Source of the DNA: Flectonema sp. DT1601
Taxonomy: Eukaryota
Reading direction: 5' to 3'
Length of the DNA: 64,000 nt
Assembly: GCA_964019425.1 (NCBI GenBank)
Contig: OZ025780.1
Coordinates: forward strand, 1,426,001 to 1,490,000
Below are positions 1 through 13,385 of this stretch, in pieces; position 1 is the first letter of the stretch, and the number at the start of each line of letters is the position of its first letter. Under the pieces are notes generated by a model. That model was not told the DNA's origin. It was given only the letters and a program-made list of their open reading frames with translations, and searched no databases. The position numbers and the translations under genes are program-made.

Positions 1-1042
1 TCGCTAACAAAACGAAATCTCTTTTTCTTTTTTCTTTTTTTCCTCTCCTTTTTTTCTTCCTCGTCCTCTCCGACCCAAGGGAAATTAATATATCTCACTT
101 CCATAGTGGATAGCTCAATTACCCAAACTTTTTTATTTATTTTCACAAAGTCTTGTCAAATACAAATAAAGGGAACTTCATGACTTCAAAAGAACCTACT
201 AGTCATTGAGTGTCGCTTACCCACATGTTCTTAGGCAACTGGTGGTGCTGATTTCTTCTGAACGTCACCTTCACTAAGGGTTAGAGTCTTCGGGCCTTCG
301 ATCACCTAATCAACTTGTCAATTTCACAGAGGAGGAAAATTTGTTAGCATGAAATTCTGTAGCAAGGTTGGGAAGGGAAGACGAAAAAAAAAAAGTGTCT
401 TGACATTGCGCATTATCTCAAAAAAAAAAAAAATTGAACCGAAACGTAAAGTGGGGATGGTAAAAAAACAGTCATTCTGTTCCTTTATTAAATAAATACA
501 CAGGACTGGGTAAAGTGGGGAAAGGGATATTTTCTGCTTTGTAACAAAATAGTGCTATTTTTTTTATTATTTTTTTTTTTTTCCCTTCCCAATTAATACG
601 TGATACTGATTAACACCAAGCAAATATTTTTATGTAATTTTTAATAAAGGTAAATTCATCACAGTCATTTAATTGTATATTATTAATTACTTATGGAGAA
701 TGCTTCGCATCGTAATTATTATTATTACGTTTTTTTTTTTTTTTTTTTTTCTTTTTCCTTAAGAAAAGGAGGGAGATGAAGGGAACGGAAGATAAAAAAA
801 ATAAATAAATAAATAAATAAAACCGAATTAAGCAAAAAAAAGAAGGAAAATAAAACCTATTTTATCTCACATAAAAACAATCATATCCTTGCAAGACCAG
901 AAATAATTTTTTTTTTTTTTTTCCATACCGACGCAGTCGGAAAAGAAACTTCAGCTCCAACGTTTCTTCTAACCTAACCAGATGAGCAGATGCGACGCTC
1001 AGCTATATGAAAATAACATCTCAGAAAGAGAGTCCTTAATAT

Positions 1043-2637
1043 CTACTCCCAGGTAAGTACTTTACAGGCATCGCGCTTCTCAGGCATATCCCAGTTCATC
1101 TGTTGTTGTTTTAGTGAATGGGGATATTTATATTTTCTGAAAGGCGTGTTTCCAATACAAAAAAAAAAAAAAAAAAAAAAACATACCATAAGCCAACCTC
1201 TTTCTGGGTGATAACACTCAACTGAATTCAATGGCCCTCCCTCATTAACATAAAAGCCTCCAGTTACGTATATTTTACCTTGGATTACAGTAGCTGTTGC
1301 ATTTGATCTAAGGGTTACCATTGAGGGTCCTTCAGACCATATTTGTGTTATTGGATTGAAACACTCAACAGAATTTAGTGCACCATCGCCATCAGAGCCT
1401 CCAATAACCCATAGCTTACCCTGTTTTGTTTTGTTTTTTTTTTTGAAATAAGTTTTGTCACGTTGGTTTTTAAAAAAAAAAAAAAAAAAAAACTACACAC
1501 CTGATATGATACAGCTGCAGGACACATTCTCTTTGTTGACATGGAAGGAAGGACACACCACTCATTCGTATCTGGATTAAAACTCTGTACAATTGATAAT
1601 ACTTTTTCACCAGGACTGTGTCTTCTCTGAGTTCCACCTATAACGTATATTAAATTACCGAGTGATATCGCTCCTAACTCACATGCTTCGAATGGCATTG
1701 CTGTGATAGATGAAGTATCAGCCCATGATTGTTGGATTGGATCATAACGTTCAACAGTCTGATATTCAATAGTCCCATTAAACCCTCCGAAGACGTAAAT
1801 ATATCCTTTGTGTACGGCACATGCAGGTGCTGAACGAATAGTTTTCATTGGTGGAAGGTGTTTCCAAGTATCTGTGATCGGATCGTAACACTCAGAACTG
1901 TCAAGGCGTTTACTTCCATTTCGTCCACCAAAAACGTAAACCCGTCTACAAAAAACTGCTGTTCCACAGTGATAACGCTCATCATTCATACTAGAAGCGC
2001 TACTCCATGATGGTTGTTGTGGCCATCTCTGAGGATTACACTTTAGAACAGTTCGTAGCGTCACTCCCTTTGATTCTAATGTGTGATTGATTCCACCTAC
2101 GACATACAATCCTTGTGTTTGAACGTAATGTTGTAAAACACTTCTTTTTACTAAACTTTTCCATGAGAGAGAAACCGCACCCAATCGTCGAATTTCCGAA
2201 GCCGGTAAAAATAAAAACGTATGGATCAACAATGACTCCGATATATTTAAGAAATTACTACACTGTCTATCAGATTCTCGGTTACTGATGAGGTATGTTA
2301 CAAGTTGTGTTGAAGTCATTCTGTACTGATGTTGTAAGTTTTTAAGTCTTTGAGCAGTTAAGCTTTCGACGTATAAAGCAGATTTTGTTCCCCTAATTAG
2401 TTTTTCACGAATGTATATTGTCGGGGTAGTTTTATTGAATTGGTCTTCGAAACATTCCCAGTCATCCTCACATGTCATTGAGATTTGTTGTTTATACTCA
2501 TCAACATAATAATATTCCCATTCTCGCATTTGCTGCTTCTTCATTATCTTCCCAGCCTTCTCCTCAAAATCAGTATAGCTTGCTACCTTTCTTTTCATCA
2601 AATTCCCACCAACGTCAATGTTTACGTAGCCCGTCAT
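1043..2637 (-). CDS. PB1-like + F-box + Kelch-repeat protein (3 exons; introns 1421-1500 and 1100-1186)
   Basis: Repeated Kelch motifs (VYVFGG...VECYDP..W). Removing GT-AG intron 1421-1500 joins SYQ|GKLWVIGGSDG in frame with ORF 1043..1321; the in-frame 87-nt intron 1100-1186 removes the poly-F insert. F-box-like segment LNISESLLIHTFLFLPASEIRRLGAVSLSW; acidic OPCA-like motif YVDEYKQQISMTCEDDW at the N-terminus. Confidence 0.88.
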
Positions 2638-3116
2638 TGTGTGTTTTGGTTTGTTTTGTTTTTTTTTAATTTCCCCAGTTAAGGATATCGAGTATCCCTC
2701 ACTGTCGTTAACGTGCAGCCACTTCCTTGTCGCTGGTCACTGTTGGAGAAGAGAAGTTTATTTGAATGAATAGTTTTAAATAAGTTACCAATCCAAAGCA
2801 TCCTGAACAAAGAACTCCACTTCTCATGTTGTGAGACACGTTACTCGTGCACGCCGAGGTAATTAATTAGAAAACACACTCCAATAATAACCGAAACATG
2901 CTCGGTTGTTAGACTCTTTTCAAATTTTTAAGAAAAAATAAATAAAAAAAAAACTAACTAAAACTTTTTTTTTTAACGCTGTCTAGAAAAAAAAAAAAAA
3001 AGGGAAAAAAAAAGTTAACTAGCACAAGGCAAGACTGCAAACGGTATCGCAGTTCACCGCTAGAAAATTGGTGATACAAGTTAAATGGGAATCAGTATTT
3101 AAAAAGGTCTTGTACA

Positions 3117-3153
3117 CCCTCCCTCCCTCTCTCTCTCTCTCTCTCCCTCCCTC
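3117..3153. repeat. (CT)n/(CCCT)n microsatellite
   Basis: ccctccctccctctctctctctctctctccctccctc read directly. Confidence 0.9.
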
Positions 3154-3266
3154 TTGCAGTCAATCAGCGTGCAGCTGTTTTATATACACATGGAGATCTT
3201 CTGTTATAGCAGGCTGGTGACTGTACAGGTTTTATGATGGCATTCCAAGGGTGAAAGTAGTAATGA

Positions 3267-4129
3267 TTAAACCATCTTTTTCTGTAAAAGGAAATTTTTC
3301 AAATGATAGTATTGATATATTGAAGTTAGAATCAAAATGCTGATCGTCACCACAGATGTTCCCCAAACTCTGTCTTGAGTAGAGTCGGTTGTTAATACAA
3401 ATCTCGCCTGACGTTCTGCGAAATACTTAGATTCAAGTTTTACATCTTTCATTGACGACTGGACATCCTGATTGAGATTAATTAGAACTCTACCGACTGA
3501 CTATGTTATTATATTTTTCATAAAGAAGAAAAAAAAAAAAAAAAAAAGCATACTAAAAGCCCTTGATGCATCCTACGAAGATCTTCTTGTGACTTGAGGA
3601 CTTCCTTGGTGTTTCCAGAACCGTCTGTAAAGGTCTGGATAGCCATTCCATTAGGACCAGTTCCCTTTACAGTTTTACGCGTTGCAATAATCGGTTGAGG
3701 ACGTTCTTTGTTTCGATGATCTATTGAAATTTGAATTTTTATCGGTTTCTTATTGCCTTTATCAGATTCTAAACAGATGACGTATTCTCCAAATAGCTTT
3801 TGACTTTCCTCAATTTTGTACAACGCAGATCCCTTAACGTCTCCGATGCCTCTGGAAAACAATGATGTTCCTTTTGGGTTTGATACTTTTATCATGAACG
3901 GGCTAATTGAGTTAGCTTCAGACATCGAAGCTAGACCCTCACCGTTGCTATGTCTCTGAATACCTTCAGGGTCAATCACATTATATCCTATGCGTACAAC
4001 ATCAACTCCATAACCAACTTCTTCAACAAAACAAATCGGTCGTAATGTAGTCAGTCGAAAGTAACCTCTATGAGCTGTTCCTACGGAAGATAACGATATA
4101 ACAAACAGAGCTTGTAATATTGTTGTCAT
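3267..4129 (-). CDS. p24/emp24/gp25L (GOLD domain) family cargo receptor (2 exons; intron 3501-3553)
   Basis: Signal peptide MTTILQALFVISLSSVGTA; GOLD cysteines (ICFVEEV...YVICL); coiled coil, TM and C-terminal YHLKNFLLQKKMV typical of p24. A 53-nt GT-AG intron joins ORFs 3518..4252 and 3267..3452. Confidence 0.88.
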
Positions 4130-4936
4130 ATTATTGAGTCTGAAGGTGGAAAAGAAATACGTTTCTAAAAATAAAAAGATGACATCGCTTGTCATCCAAA
4201 CTAACCTGTTTTTTTTTTTGAAATAAAATAAAATGAAAATGCTAAATAACAAAAATAATCTTTATATAAATAGCTAGAATGGAATGGAATGGAATGTTCG
4301 ACGTATCTCAAGAAACAATTTCCTCTTTGAGAGAAAGTGTTGCCATTGCATCACGTTAGAACTTTGATGGATAGAGAAAGATTCTTTTTTTTTTTTTTTT
4401 TAAATTTATTTATTTTTTTTATTTTTTTTTTTTTTTAAATCTTAATATGAGGAGAGACAGATCCTGTTCTGTTTACAGTGTTGTGCAGTGTTGTGGTAGG
4501 TGATTCCACAACACGCCATTTTTTCAAAAAAAAAAAAGTAGTGAGTGATTTCTAGTTTTATTTTTTTTTTTTTTTTTAAAGTCCAGCTATACCTCAAGAG
4601 ATATAATATTATTTATGTACTGAAAAGTCAATTGCCATATAAATATTGATCCCCAGAAGCATGGTAGCCACATCCCACGTTGCTACTGTCAAATAACTCG
4701 AGGCAACAGGGGACCAAATCCGAAGCCGCTTCCGAAAGACTCGGCATCGATTGTTGAATTAGCTTCAGCTGTCTTTATTTTTTTGGAAGACTTTTGACAA
4801 CGATATTTCTTTTCGAAAACAGGCCATGCTATGGAGAGAAGTAAAAAAAAGAAAAAAAGAGAGAGACAAAACGTGAATTTTGTTTATACGTTATACAAGC
4901 ACGTAAGTAGATTAATTTTGAGTATCAGTCGGTCAC

Positions 4937-5124
4937 TCCCCCCCCCCCCCCCCCCCCCCACACCGTGATACTCGCTGACAATAAAAAATTTATCAATGAA
5001 AATGCTTATTCTGAGTACTAACTTATATTCAGTGTTTTTTTTAATTTTTTTGTTTTTTTTTTTGTTGTTTTGAGGAGGGTTTTTTTGAGAGGAGGGTGTT
5101 TTGAGAGGGTGTTTTGAGAAAAGG
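4937..5124. repeat. Poly-C run (~23 nt) followed by degenerate GTTTTGAGAGGGT tandem units
   Basis: C-run at 4937-4959; about four imperfect copies of ttttgag(ag)gagggt at ~5068-5124. Confidence 0.75.
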
Positions 5125-6932
5125 TTTTTTTTTTTTTTTTTTATTGTATTTTACTGTAGTAAGGATGAAATGTGTTGTCAACGTAGAAAAATACCTTTTT
5201 CGTAGTTGATGCAAAAATGAAAAAATTAAAAAAAATAATTTATATACAAGGACAAGATTGGTGATAATGTATGAGATGAGGCTTATGCTGTCAGTATTTA
5301 GCAGAATAGCACAATTTGATTGAAAACTGTTCTACAAGACGCACAGAAATCAACCAGCATGAGGAACTGGGAATTCAAGAATAAACAAATAAATAACGGG
5401 TGTCCTTAGGGAAAAATAAAGGGGGAAGGGGGAAAAAAAAACTTTAAAGAACACACACAAAAAAAGAAATCCAAGCGAAAAGATCTTTTCGCACAAAATA
5501 TGTAGATTAGCAGGCATCCTTAATTATTACCGCTCAGGGAGACTTTAGTCATCGAACGACTCACAAAAAGAGACAAAATGAACAAAAAAAAACGAACGAG
5601 AAAAAAAATGAAATGAAACCAACAATCAACTAATCTGTATTTCTGATCAGTTGCTATGGAATCCAAGGTTGCTACGGTATGAGTGTTAAGTGACTCACTG
5701 CTACAGAGGATCCAATCCGTGGCCAATTACACGTTGTCCACCGATAATTCGATTTGCTGATTTTTTTTTTATTTTTTTTTTTTTAAATGGTACGCATGCG
5801 GTGCTTTATTGATTTTTTCACACATGTTTGCATTAAAAAAAAATTTTTCAATAAAAAAAAAAAAACTTTAAAAAAAAAAAAAAAACATATTCACAGAGGA
5901 ATTCCTCTGGTGGCAATACTTTAATAATCATAAATTTAATAATAAAATAAATCCAATGTAAATATCGGCCTTAACTTAAGGGGGAACGGGCAAAAAAAAA
6001 AAAAAATGAAAATGAAAATCCGTTTTAGTCCAACTGGATTACGAAAACCTGATACTAAAACGAACTTTTGTAAGCCATCAGCAGAAGTCGTGTAGTATAG
6101 AATGGAAGAGAGAAACTTTGACAATGTAAAAAAAGAAAACGGTAACGACTTTTTAGGTATTAGTTCAAAATTTATATCAAGTAAAACAAAGAAAAATGGG
6201 GAAACAAAGCAATATACGAGGCTCCCCATATCAAAAAGATGGAATCTAGAATTTTATAGGGGGTACATTTTTTACTTTTATAGAAACGGAAAAAGAAAAA
6301 AAAAAAAAAAAAAAAGAAAAAGAAAAAAAGGAAATGAAACGCGAAAAAAAGAAAACAACAATAACTGTTTTTGTTTTGTTTTGTTTTTTTTTTTTTTTGA
6401 ATGTTCCTTTTTTTCGCATCGACCTAACATAAAAATAAGGAAACCCGCTTCCCAGTCAAGGCTTTTTTTTTTTTTTTTTTTTTTTTTTTCTTTGAATAGG
6501 TTTTTCTATCGACAAAAACAGATGTAAAAAAAAAAAGAAAAAAAAAAGAGAACCGAATTAGTCGTCATGGGGTCAAAAGTTTACTGTGACTACCAACATT
6601 TTTTTTATTTTTTTTTTTTTTTAGAAGGGAATAATAATTTTGACTAAGATGAAACGATAATTTGACACTCTCAAAAGAATACAGTCATGGTGGTGCTCAA
6701 TAATCCTTTGAAAATAACTATCAGATTTCGAGGTACATCGAAACCCTCAGTATCAATAAGGTTTGTTGAGACTGAATCACTATGGTCAGCATTGTCGTTA
6801 GTATATGTAGTAAATATTTTTGGGGAGGGAGCATAAACATAACTGCCGAATTTTTTTTAAAAAGAAAAAAAAAAAAAAAAAAAAATAGTACTTCGACTTT
6901 GTTTGTACGCACCAGCGTAATTAGCGACAAAA

Positions 6933-6977
<45 letters not shown>

Positions 6978-7553
6978 CAAGACCTCCCTCACTCTCTTGT
7001 TTTGATTGTTAGCGCAACCGTAATATAAGAATCACAGGAAGGGTTCCATCATTAACCAGGAAGCGACTACAAAAAAAAAAAAAAAAAAATAACAACAATA
7101 ATAAGTAAAAAACATAAGACATCAAGTAACTACTATTTGCCTGGAGAGAGTAAGTAAAAGCAAGGAAGTAATCGAATTGTTCATTAATGCTGAGATATTC
7201 CACCAAAGCACTCTTAAGGTCACTATTCATAGCATCAACTGCTATTAAAAAGTACTGTAAGCACAAATTAAAGTATAATATTTTTAAGTTCTTTTTTTTT
7301 TTTTTTCCCAATTTAATTCACCAACAAGGCCTTGGAAAAATCTCCACTGGACAGTTCACTTTACACTAAATTACACACTCCTCATCAAAGTTGGACCTAT
7401 GATGTAGGGTACAATTATTGTAGTATGTATTTTCTGAAAATCTGAAAGAAATGAAAAAATAAATGAAAAAATAAATGAAACAAAAACGAGGAGGGGGAAA
7501 AACAAAAAATATCTGATTATTCTGTTCTGCGAAATGAGGCAAGAGATACAGTG

Positions 7554-7590
<37 letters not shown>

Positions 7591-8331
7591 TTCTTCTTTT
7601 TTATTTCTTCTTTTTTATTTTTTTTAAAAAATAAACGGCATTCAGAAATTGGTTACAGTGACCGAAAAGAATTAGAAAGCCCGTCATCTGGAGGAGAAAC
7701 AAAAGAAATTAAAAAAAAATAAAAAATAAAAATAATAATAGTATACGGAAATTTATGAGCCTTCCTATCTTACCACATTTAGTAAGACGCGCAATGAAAA
7801 TAACAAAAACTAATAAAGAAAAAAACACAAAAAAAAATCAAGGTTGCATCTTAAAATAAGGAATGAGAGCACCAGACGACGCCGAGTTCGTTGTGCGATC
7901 AATTCTATTTTTTTTTTTTCCCTTAAACAATTTGATTATTTTTGAAGGAAAAAAATAATGAAAGCAAAATCCTCAATCCGATTTTTTCGATGCTCGAATG
8001 AGTGCAAGCGGCAGCGAACCGACTGCGTCAAGCATACCAGTTTATTTTGCTATAAAAATTATTATTAGCTGACGTACAAAGACGTTTCTTTCAGCACCAT
8101 GGTGCAGTAAATGTCGCACAAGGCCACAACACAGAAACCCTAAACGAGTCCCATGTGGTGTGTTAGTTAGTATTAATTGTGATGGTGGGGGATAACACAA
8201 ATAATCAAATCAATAAATGTAATAATTGTACATCTAACAAATAATGGTTTGGTTTTCGAACTACAAATATTGAACTATAAATTAAAAAAAAAAAAAAAAA
8301 AACATAATAATAATAATAAAAAAACATAATT

Positions 8332-8373
<42 letters not shown>

Positions 8374-11300
8374 CTCGGACCATCCCCGTTATTGTTTGTT
8401 TTTTTATTCTTCATTGAAAAAAGTGGCAACATGCAAAGAAACATACTCGCATAAAAGTTTGCCCACAAGAAGCATTACAAGGACTGTTTAAACAAGGAAA
8501 AGACACCCGCTGGTACCACACAAAAAGAAAAGGGGGACTTGGCTGTACGAGTAAGCATTCAGACTTTATGAGTCAGAAAGGATCACATGTGTTGCCAACA
8601 ATATTACTTTATCGCATACAAATGGTAGCATAGTATGGAAAATAAAAGAACGAAAAAAAAAAAACTAACGGGAGAAAATATATGAATGAAAAAAAAAAAA
8701 AAAAAAAGATCGAGTCATCTATCTATTTTTTATATTTTTTTTTTTTTTTTTTTTTTTCCCTCTCAAAAAAAAAAAAATCTCCAATTTCGACTTTCTGACA
8801 CGTGTCTTGTCGTCAAAGGAGACTCACCGTGGTGAACGGTACTGCCCGACAAGCAGCCCACTCGGAGATATTTCTTTCCACAGTTAAAATATGAGTTTGC
8901 TTGAAGATAGTACCAAATCAAAAAAAATAATTAGTTCAGAAAACCTTCCATAAACGGTTGATATAATTTATGTTGTGAGGGACGGCTGTTAAACAAGAAT
9001 GCAACCAACCTTGTCAACAAGAAGAAGGAAAAAAAAAAAAAAGAAAAAAACAAACAATAAAAACTTTGTTGAGATGTTTCGACTCGCAATAAAAAGAAGA
9101 AGAGAGAAAACAACCCCATTTATATATAAAAAACGTTTCCACTGTATCTTACTTACTTAGTTAGTGAGCAGCGAAAGAAAAATAAAATAAAAAAACCTAG
9201 AACATAAACATAGGCCGTTCACCCCCTAAACCATCCTCAGTATTAATGTCGTAAGGGGCTTACCGAAAGCTTCAAAAGGCGTACTACAAAAAATTTGGGC
9301 AACGCAAATATACTATACCAATCTGTGAAAGGAACAGAAAAAGAAGCCCGAATGAGACAGAGAGTTAGGTACATTTTATTATTATTATTTTAGTTACACT
9401 CGTTAATGCTACCAGACTCTTTGTTTTTTTTTATATTATTTTTTATACTTTCTTTCGAGCAAGTCCGACAACAACAAAAAACACGAGAAACACGTGGTAG
9501 GCTCCGCTTGAAGAACGTTAGAAGAGCGGCAACAGATACCAAATAGCCCCCCATCCTTAATTGGTGTGAGGGAACGTATCACTGCCATAAAAAAAAGTTT
9601 AAATAACTTACTTATTTATAGGTTATTATGGAATTTATCCAGTTCACCGATTATAGCCAGCTCGCAATAAATTTTGGACTAGGTTAAGAATGTTTTTGTG
9701 ACAAAGTGCGATCATGGTCGCCTACCACTTATGAAGTGGGGTGCTGCCGTTCACAAACACCTCAAGGGTCAGGTACTCTTCCTCCTACTAAGCAATTCGG
9801 TATAAATTACACAAAAAAAAAAGGGTTCGGACCAGTAATAACCAACCTCTGGAGAAGCTCTTGGGGTAACAAAATCATTCGGTACTCTCAACCGATGTCT
9901 CTCACGGTATGATTCGTATTATCATTACCTCCTCGGGTTCTACAGGATATGTTTAAAAGATGAAAAAAAAAAAAAAAAAAAAAAAAAAGGCACAAAGCTA
10001 AAGGAGGATACACGGTTTACCGATTCCCTTGTGCGTTTAAAAAAAAAAAAAAAAGAAAAAAAAAAAAAGTAATCATCCCTCAAAACACACCCTCCAAAAA
10101 AAATGCCACTCATGAGTACAATCCAAGGTGAGATATCACAACCCAGAATATAAAAAATAAAAAGAGAAACAATACAAGTTCTATTTAAAAAAAAAAACAT
10201 CTGAAGAAGATTTTTTTTTTTAAGGGGGGTTGCAAGGATATGGATACCTTTTTTTTTTTTTTTTTTTCTTTTTTTTTTTTTTTCGGGATCACTTTCGCCG
10301 ATTGAGAACGGAAAATAGCTTGACGCTTCCGCCAACCACCGCATTAAAACTGTTGAATCAAAAAAAAAAATAAATAAATAATAAATCTGAACGGCTGCCC
10401 CCGATAAGAGCAGCGTATATAAAAGAAAAAAAACCAGTGCACTTTGACTGAAACACCAGTAATATATTGGATTGTGATAACAAGGAAGAATTGTACATTT
10501 AAACGAGTCGAAAAACAAACAAGGAAAAAGGGATGTAGATAAGAGGGACGTAGAATCCCACAAAAAATGAGATCCATCGAAAACTCAAAACGCGCAAAAA
10601 AAAAAAAAAAAAAAAAACACGAGATTTAGTCTTCCGTTCTCTTTTTTTAAGACTTCGGCAGTCGATAATTTTTGCTTAAGGGCCTTACTGTATTCTCTTT
10701 GTAATAAAGGGATATACATAAGCAACATGATGCGTAAGTAAATACACGTCGGTTATTGTGTGATATGAGGTGGGATGATAAACCAAGAGACTGAAATGAA
10801 AAAAAGGAGGCATTTAAGACGTTTATTCGAGCCATACTTGGGTCTCAAAGACTATTAAACTTTTAGCTGAGACTACTACAAAGCATTCCCAAGAAGACAA
10901 TCAGCTCTGGGGGTTAAAAAGAGTAAGGAAGTAAAGAAAAGGAAAGAAAAGAGAAAAAACAAAAAAAAAAGGAGAATGATTTTCAACAGAACCTTATTTA
11001 TTTCATTTTTTAAGATCTTTTTAGGAGGGTAGCATTCTTTTAACGATATCGAATGGAACAAAATAAATATTGTCATAGATAACTGACTTTATTAAGATAA
11101 ATAAACGTACAGAATAAGCTTCTCTGAAGTAACTACAGTCCAATTGGGGGTGAGGACTGCTAAGAAAACAATGCAAGAAAATGAAAGGAGGAGGGCAGAA
11201 GAAAAAATCAACTACAATTCCATGACTATGGAGCAATTTTACCACGACAAGTCAAACAAACAGACTAAGGCTCATGTATGTATGGAGAACTACTCAGTGA

Positions 11301-12140
11301 TGTTCGAAAATACGTAGCTTGAATGAAACGACAAGAGAAAGACAGAGACAGAAAGATCAACACAACACTTGAATTAAATCTCTCTAGCTGAACACTATTT
11401 TGTTAATATTGCTAAGAGGTGTGTGTGTGTTGCGTTGATCGGTGGACATTTGCATCCAACATTGGAGAGAGAGAGATAGAATTATTCAACAAAACAAAAT
11501 AGGGGGAAAAAGGCCGATTGTTTTGAGAAATTAAATGGAAAGAATTTGAGGGCCAAGTTACCAGACCCGGTCTTTTGAGACTAGGTAGTATTATATTAAA
11601 CGATGTTTTAATAATAAGAAACTTCAACTTGAAGCACAATTTTACCATTAGTACAGAATTATAATGTTCAACAGCCCTAGCTACTGAATAAGTGTTGCTT
11701 TGATGCAGCCAGAGTAGTGTATGTTGAAGGGGAAAGATTTGTTGATTTTTATTTATTTATTATTAACAACGAAAGAATTCAGGGAGCCAAAAGATAAGGA
11801 CAATCTCACGGGGGAATGATTGTGAGACTGTCACTGAAATTTATGACTATCCAGAAACCCCGCTGATAATTGGTCGAAGGGAGGGACAATTTGATGGCAG
11901 AACAGTCATCAATCGAACGCCTGAATTCAGGAACAACTAATAATTACAAAAAAGAAAGGAAGAAAGAAGAAGGAAAGAGCTTTCTACAATTCATAAGGTT
12001 CTTGTCACAAAAGCGAGTGGCAGACTAAAAAACAAACTTTGATTTTGTAAAAGCGATCAGCGAGCCTAAAGTAACGAATTTTTTTATTTTTATTTTTTTT
12101 TGGAAAACGGGCAGTTAGAACAAAAAAAAAGAAAATAAAT

Positions 12141-13016
12141 TTATTCGTTTAGCAATTCTGGTGGCTCATCGTCGTCAATATCGTCATCGTAGAACGTGAA
12201 AGTTGAATTGGCTGATTTTGGAGCATCGCTACTGTCTGAATGACTGTCCGAGTTAACAGTAGTACCACACGTTGAAGTACATTCACGAAGGGAGCTGTTT
12301 ATAGATCTGAGAGGAAATTCACTGAAAACAGTCATTGCTTGGTATGACATGCGAGCTTTCCATGTTCCAACATCCTCTACAAGCACATCAGGTAACAACA
12401 TTCCTAGGGTCTCGTAGTCGAGTGTTATCAGTTGGGAAGGAATACCACAATAGCTTTCCCAACTCCTGATTGTTTCGTAAATGTCATTACAAAGAGCGGT
12501 GTCAATGAGATAGCCGGTAGCTCTTAAGTAGTACATTCTAACGATCCATGTTCCATGGACGTTACTCCATGCGGAGTTGTCTAATTTACCATCAGTGACA
12601 GTAGGCAAAAGATACCTTAATCTGTTCGTGTTGTATTCAATACCTAAGTTCCCAAGGACATACGACATGGATCTTGCTCTGTATAAATGGTTTGCGTTTC
12701 CACTATCCATTTTCATTATTGCTAAAATAATTTGAGAGTCAGCCTCGCGAAGGGTATTTCTTAATGTAAACCCACTCGAAACCAATCTCTCCTTTAATTT
12801 ATAAAGCCAGTTATTAAAAGTAGAAATCGATGCCTTCTTACTAAGAGGATATTGACGCAGGATTCTAACCACGACATCAGGTTCAGGACAGACAGGTTCG
12901 ATCTTACAAAAAGCGTCTACTATTGATTTTATGAACGAATCGTGTCTCGGGTGATCACAACGAGGGATTACTTCACTAATTGCACACTTGAGAATAGCAG
13001 TTCCATGTGGAGGCAT
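12141..13016 (-). CDS. Hypothetical protein, 291 aa, acidic C-terminal tail
   Basis: Long ORF without homopolymer runs, on the same strand as all other genes; no family recognised. Confidence 0.75.
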   Translation of the reverse strand: MPPHGTAILKCAISEVIPRCDHPRHDSFIKSIVDAFCKIEPVCPEPDVVVRILRQYPLSKKASISTFNNWLYKLKERLVSSGFTLRNTLREADSQIILAIMKMDSGNANHLYRARSMSYVLGNLGIEYNTNRLRYLLPTVTDGKLDNSAWSNVHGTWIVRMYYLRATGYLIDTALCNDIYETIRSWESYCGIPSQLITLDYETLGMLLPDVLVEDVGTWKARMSYQAMTVFSEFPLRSINSSLRECTSTCGTTVNSDSHSDSSDAPKSANSTFTFYDDDIDDDEPPELLNE

Positions 13017-13385
13017 ATTTGTTTGTGGATTAAAAAAAAAAAAAAAAACTGAACGAGGAGGAGGAGTAAGAGGTAAATTGATACTTTATTTTCAAGGCTC
13101 AAAACAACAATCTCTCCGACCAATCTTGACTGTCAGCAGCAGCGTAGTAAATGACTGCAAATAAATAAATAAATAACGCCACTAGAGGCCACATGAACAC
13201 AGTATTAGCGTCACTTGTCTATGTTACTGTAACAGGTTTTATTTATAAAACTCGGGGGGGGGTGAAAAGTAATTGAGCAACCCAAAACTACAACGATTCA
13301 CTTCTTCATCAAAATCGGGTTTTTTTGTCTTATCGATAATTACAACATCTATTTTTGGTGTAGTTTTTTTTTTTTTTTTTTTAGT

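Noticed and set aside
6660..7311. Possible exons (e.g. MNSDLKSALVEYLSINEQFDYF)
   Set aside because: I could not build a consistent spliced ORF or recognise a family.
5520..11648. Many short ORFs with poly-F or poly-K runs (also at 19-25 kb, 55.5-56.3 kb and 62-64 kb)
   Set aside because: Translations of T/A homopolymers in non-coding DNA, mostly with non-ATG starts and no motifs.
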